A stretch of DNA of 64,000 nucleotides from Hyphochytrium catenoides (lineage: Eukaryota; Protista; Hyphochytriomycota): NCBI GenBank assembly GCA_900088475.1, contig FLMG01002354.1, positions 1 to 64,000 of the forward strand, written 5' to 3'. The position numbers and the translations under genes are program-made. The stretch's first letter is position 1. Each line of letters opens with the position of its first letter. This document shows positions 60,374 through 64,000 of this stretch, in pieces. The notes under the pieces are model-generated. The model worked only from the letters and a program-made list of their open reading frames with translations, ran no database searches and was not told the DNA's origin.

Positions 60374-61707
60374 ATGATAGTAGGTGCCGCGCGCTACGGG
60401 GCGTGGAAAGCTGCCACGCTCTCCGAGATCAAGACTCGGCTGCAGGCTGGCGGCCAAGCGGCGCGGCGCTATCCGCTCCATAAGCAGATGGTGGAGAAGA
60501 TGGCTGAGAACGAGGATTTTCAGAGAAGAAGCAAGCGGACAGCCGCCGTCTTCATCCCTCTCTGCAATGTTCACGGTGTAGCCAGCCTCCTCTTCACCAT
60601 CAGAACGGGCAAAGTCGGTTCGCATAAGGTGGGCAATGCAGTCTATCTTGTTCTCTCTTCTGCTTCTCGTCCACTTGATTCGATCACCGAGTTCTGCTCC
60701 TTCCCTCTGAGTATATGACGGCCTTATGCCTCTTCTTTCCACTGACTTCAGGGTCACGTCTCCTTTCCTGGTGGGCACACAGAAGAGGGAGAGACCTCTG
60801 TAGAGGCTGCGATAAGGGAGTTCCGGGAGGAAGTGGGAGGCGCAGGCGATATTGAGATACTGGGCGTGTTCCATAAGTTCCAAGCAAGTACTGACCCAGA
60901 TCGATAATACTTCTTCTTCTCTTCTACTCGCTCAGCTCTCCAACGCCTTTGTTACCCTCATTGATGGCTGCTTGTCCTCTCCTATCAGTCTCCTGCGTGC
61001 TAACTATGACTGGCAGTCAACAACCCTGACTATCTCATGATCGAAACCTCAGTCGTCGTCTCATCTATACGTTTGCTAGGGCTATGGTCCTCCTATCGTC
61101 TATTACTCTCGGCTCTCGCTCAAAGACTCTGTCTGCCTTATCCATCAGTCACAGGCACTTGGGTGACTCCGGTTGTGGGCTTCGTTCGTGATGACTTAGC
61201 AGATCTCAGCACACTTCAGCCTCATGCAGACGAGGTGGAAAGTCTTTTCACTCTTTCGATGCAGCAGTTGACAGACCCAGAGCTCAGACAGACGGTGGAC
61301 CTGGTAGGTGTAGCCGATGAGGAGGTGCAGCTGACAAATCTGAATGACTGACAGGGAGGGGAAGAGGGCAGGCTGCAACATTGCCGCTTGCGGAAGGGTT
61401 GGCAGGGACTTAGAGATTCGTTGTCGGGACCTAGAGAGTTAAAGGGGAAAAAGCCAGAGAACAAGCAATATTTTTGCCGTCCAACCTCACGGTATTATGG
61501 ATCAACCCTCTTTACGCATCTGATGGTATTCTTCCTCAGGGTATTCGAGGGAAAAAGTTTCCTTCTTTCTTAGGAGGACCACAGACAGTCTGGGGTCTAA
61601 CCGCAGCTATCACCGATTTTCTGCTCAACGAGATTGTTCTTCCCGCCGTCAACAGCACGGTTACGCAGTCTTTGGCGAAAGGCCAGGAGGAGGAAGCGAA
61701 GTTGTAG
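60374..61707 (+). CDS. Nudix hydrolase, CoA pyrophosphatase (NUDT7/NUDT8-like; 4 exons)
   Basis: AAVFIPLC..LLFTIRT..SHK|GHVSFPGGHTEEGETSVEAAIREFREEVG (NuCoA motif plus Nudix box), VTPVVG, EVESLF, VWGLTA. An alternative in-frame ATG lies at 60221. Confidence 0.9.
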
Positions 61708-62741
61708 GATGACCCTAAGACAGTGAACAGCCCTGCCCAAGCCGCATGACTCGTGCCCGCGATCACTGGGAATAGTTCTCCTGGGTCCACGAAACATCCT
61801 ATAAGCTTGGATACGCCGATCCTTGTACACCCAGCTCGGCTAGAGGCTAGTATGGAGTATAAGGTTCTGTCAGGGAGGCACTTGGCCAGCCAACAAATTT
61901 CAAGCTCTAGTTCCGGTCCTAGGTAGCCTTACAATCCCCTTAGAGGTCTCTCCACATTCATCATCACTTTTGTGCGTGGGACAGTCTGCTCTCTCTTATC
62001 TGGCTTCATCAATATCAATAAAGGTTTGTCATTAGTTCATGGCCATTCTGCGGATAAGGCCACATTATCCCTCTTTATAAGTTAATAACAAATTCTCTAC
62101 CACCTCTTAAGCTGTCCTCTCACACCCTCTCGGTACGGATAAGAATATAAAGCTCTTGCAACGGCGCAGTACCTCCAAGCAGTCACCAGATAATATCCGA
62201 AGGAGCCAGCGAGGGCGAACTTGAAGAGATGATGATGATGAAGCAAGAGAGATAGAGAAGAGAGACAGAAGCTAATAGGTACAGGTTCACCTGGTTCGCG
62301 AGGTGGAAGTGCTGCTCGGTAATGAGAAGCTCGTTATCACTTCTTCGTGATGATCTAGACACCTTAACCCGCTAACGGCTACCAGTTTCTAGATGGGAGA
62401 CGTTAGCGGCTCTCGGGTGGACCAAATGTTGTTGCTTGGACGGTCCGATGGACAGTTGCGTCGTTGCTTTTGAAGAGTCACGGATCATCCCTCCAACCCC
62501 AGTCTCACGGCAGGAGCCGTAGTTGATAAGGAGAGCAAAGGACAAAGAAGAGGAGGCTTCGGATCGAGGCAGTCAAGCTGTCCGGACGCTCATTTGACAG
62601 CCATTTCACCTCGTGGGGCTCACCATCAAGTGAGTCATTGCTTTCATATAACAGGTAGCTTGGCTCGCAATGCATCTGCCCTTAATCTTTAGCCGCGATT
62701 GGTCATCCTGGTAAGAGCGATAAAAGCTTCAGAGCTAGACG

Positions 62742-64000
62742 ATGGACACGTTAGTAGACTTCTTTGAAGATCTTTTTGGGCTCGGAGATAAGGATGGACA
62801 CAAGCTTCATGAGATCCTGCAGAAGTCTCAACAAAGGCATGAAAAGCGGCGATCCAAGGAAGTATCTCTCAAATCTCATCGGCCTCTGGCTAATAAGAAT
62901 TTAGCCCTTGCCTACGGCATGACGTTTCCCAACCCAGAGAAGACGGAGAGTTTGTTGGAGGAGTTTGAAGGTCAACTGAAGGACAAGGTTGGGGGAAAGG
63001 AGAACGAACTGTCCCAAGAATCCAAAGCTGTGAAGCAAAGCGGAAAAGGTGATGGCAGCAAAGCTGAAGAAGGGGCACCGACAAGCGTCATTGTTAGAGA
63101 TGATTTGCAGGCTGAGGACGATGATGAGGCTGCGTCGAGCGTGTTGAAAGGTAAGAGAAAGGAAGGTCTGATCAGGCAAGAGCTGCTCCATTCTCTCCGT
63201 TTGTCTGCTACGCAAGTTCTCTCTGTGCTGTGCATCGTCGAGGTTAGAGCGCCATTTGTCTCACTTTCTTTCGCTCCTGCAGAGACTTGCCAGGCCTGCT
63301 TCACTTCTTTCTCAGGCCTGGGGGCCGTCCTGACTGACAGCTACCAAGAGTACCTTGTCATCCTACGGCCGTTCAAACGAACTCTCTACTTCTACGGTCA
63401 GGCATCTCTACAAGCTGAAACTATCCTTACTCTCTCTGTCTCCCTACTGCCCACGCCTTGATGGCGATTGTATAGCATGTCCGCTTGCTTCTTCCATAGC
63501 CAGCCAGCTTACCTCGCTACTAGTGCATGTGTTTGGTCCACCGGCCCCCGAAGGCATCTCTTCCTTACTTTTCTCAGACTGTTACCTATATTGCTAACCC
63601 GTTCACTCACTTTATGAGACCATGTCGCTAATTCATCTCCGTGATCTCTCTCGCTCACTCTACCTTCCGATGCTTTGATGGGCATATAGAGGACCCAGGC
63701 GACTATGCTAACGGCCAGCCTTGTAAGCTGCGATACTTGGTGGATAGCGCCAAGATGCTTAGGGGAGAGGAGAAGAAGAATGCTATCCTCTTGACCACTC
63801 TCTCTGAGACGCTGATCAAGTTGGTGATGCCCAACAATGTGGCGCACAAGGCTTGGCTGAAGATGCTAGAGGAAGGACTGGCAGCAGGGACTGCTGTGCC
63901 AACCATTGAAGGACACATCCAGAAAGCAGGACAACTGAATCGAGCCTATCAGTCCCGCTACGCTGTTTATTACAAGGAAGATTGCTCCTTTATGTACTGG
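62742..64000 (+). CDS. PH-domain-containing protein, 5' part (runs off the window)
   Basis: YLVILRPFKRTLYFYG..HKAWLKMLEEG (PH-like, with the C-terminal Trp helix) followed by IEGHIQKAGQLNRAYQSRYAVY (start of a second PH domain). GT-AG exons. Confidence 0.7.

Noticed and set aside
1-64000. Alternative genetic code or selenocysteine readthrough as an explanation for fragmented ORFs
   Set aside because: Conserved genes end at TAA (SerRS), TAG (CCT3) and TGA (Rid, uL23m), and the internal stops I checked are removed by ordinary introns.

Overview
Gene-dense eukaryotic nuclear DNA (about 50% GC) with many short spliceosomal introns, mostly 50-300 nt and often with CTAAY/CTGAC branch-like motifs. 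The protein sequences suggest a protist, most plausibly a stramenopile (inference). The ORF track fragments most genes, so I spliced about 22 gene models by hand. In order: a Frizzled/Mid1-like Cys-rich surface protein, a disordered orphan, TSR3, a Sec7(+PDZ) Arf-GEF, LYRM5/ETFRF1, mitochondrial uL23, an SLC34 Na/Pi-type transporter, a possible cryptic small gene, a sterol glucosyltransferase, a bacterial/phage-type ResIII/YejH-like helicase, an SLC4/BOR transporter, a Rid1-type protein, Integrator subunit 2, CCT3, a coiled-coil protein, a METTL21-family methyltransferase, seryl-tRNA synthetase, an orphan, a ~1700-aa acidic disordered protein, a NUDT7/8-like Nudix hydrolase and a truncated PH-domain protein. 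TAA, TAG and TGA all act as stops. I could not support any tRNA, rRNA, CRISPR array or transposon. Most notable: SerRS carries a C-terminal eEF1B-type GST-like docking domain (possible unusual synthetase/EF1B complex); a Sec7-PDZ fusion; an intron-rich prokaryote-type helicase with two consecutive GC-AG introns; an SLC34 with Q->H in both QSSS signatures; and frequent AAG 3' splice sites. All identities come from motif recognition, not database searches.
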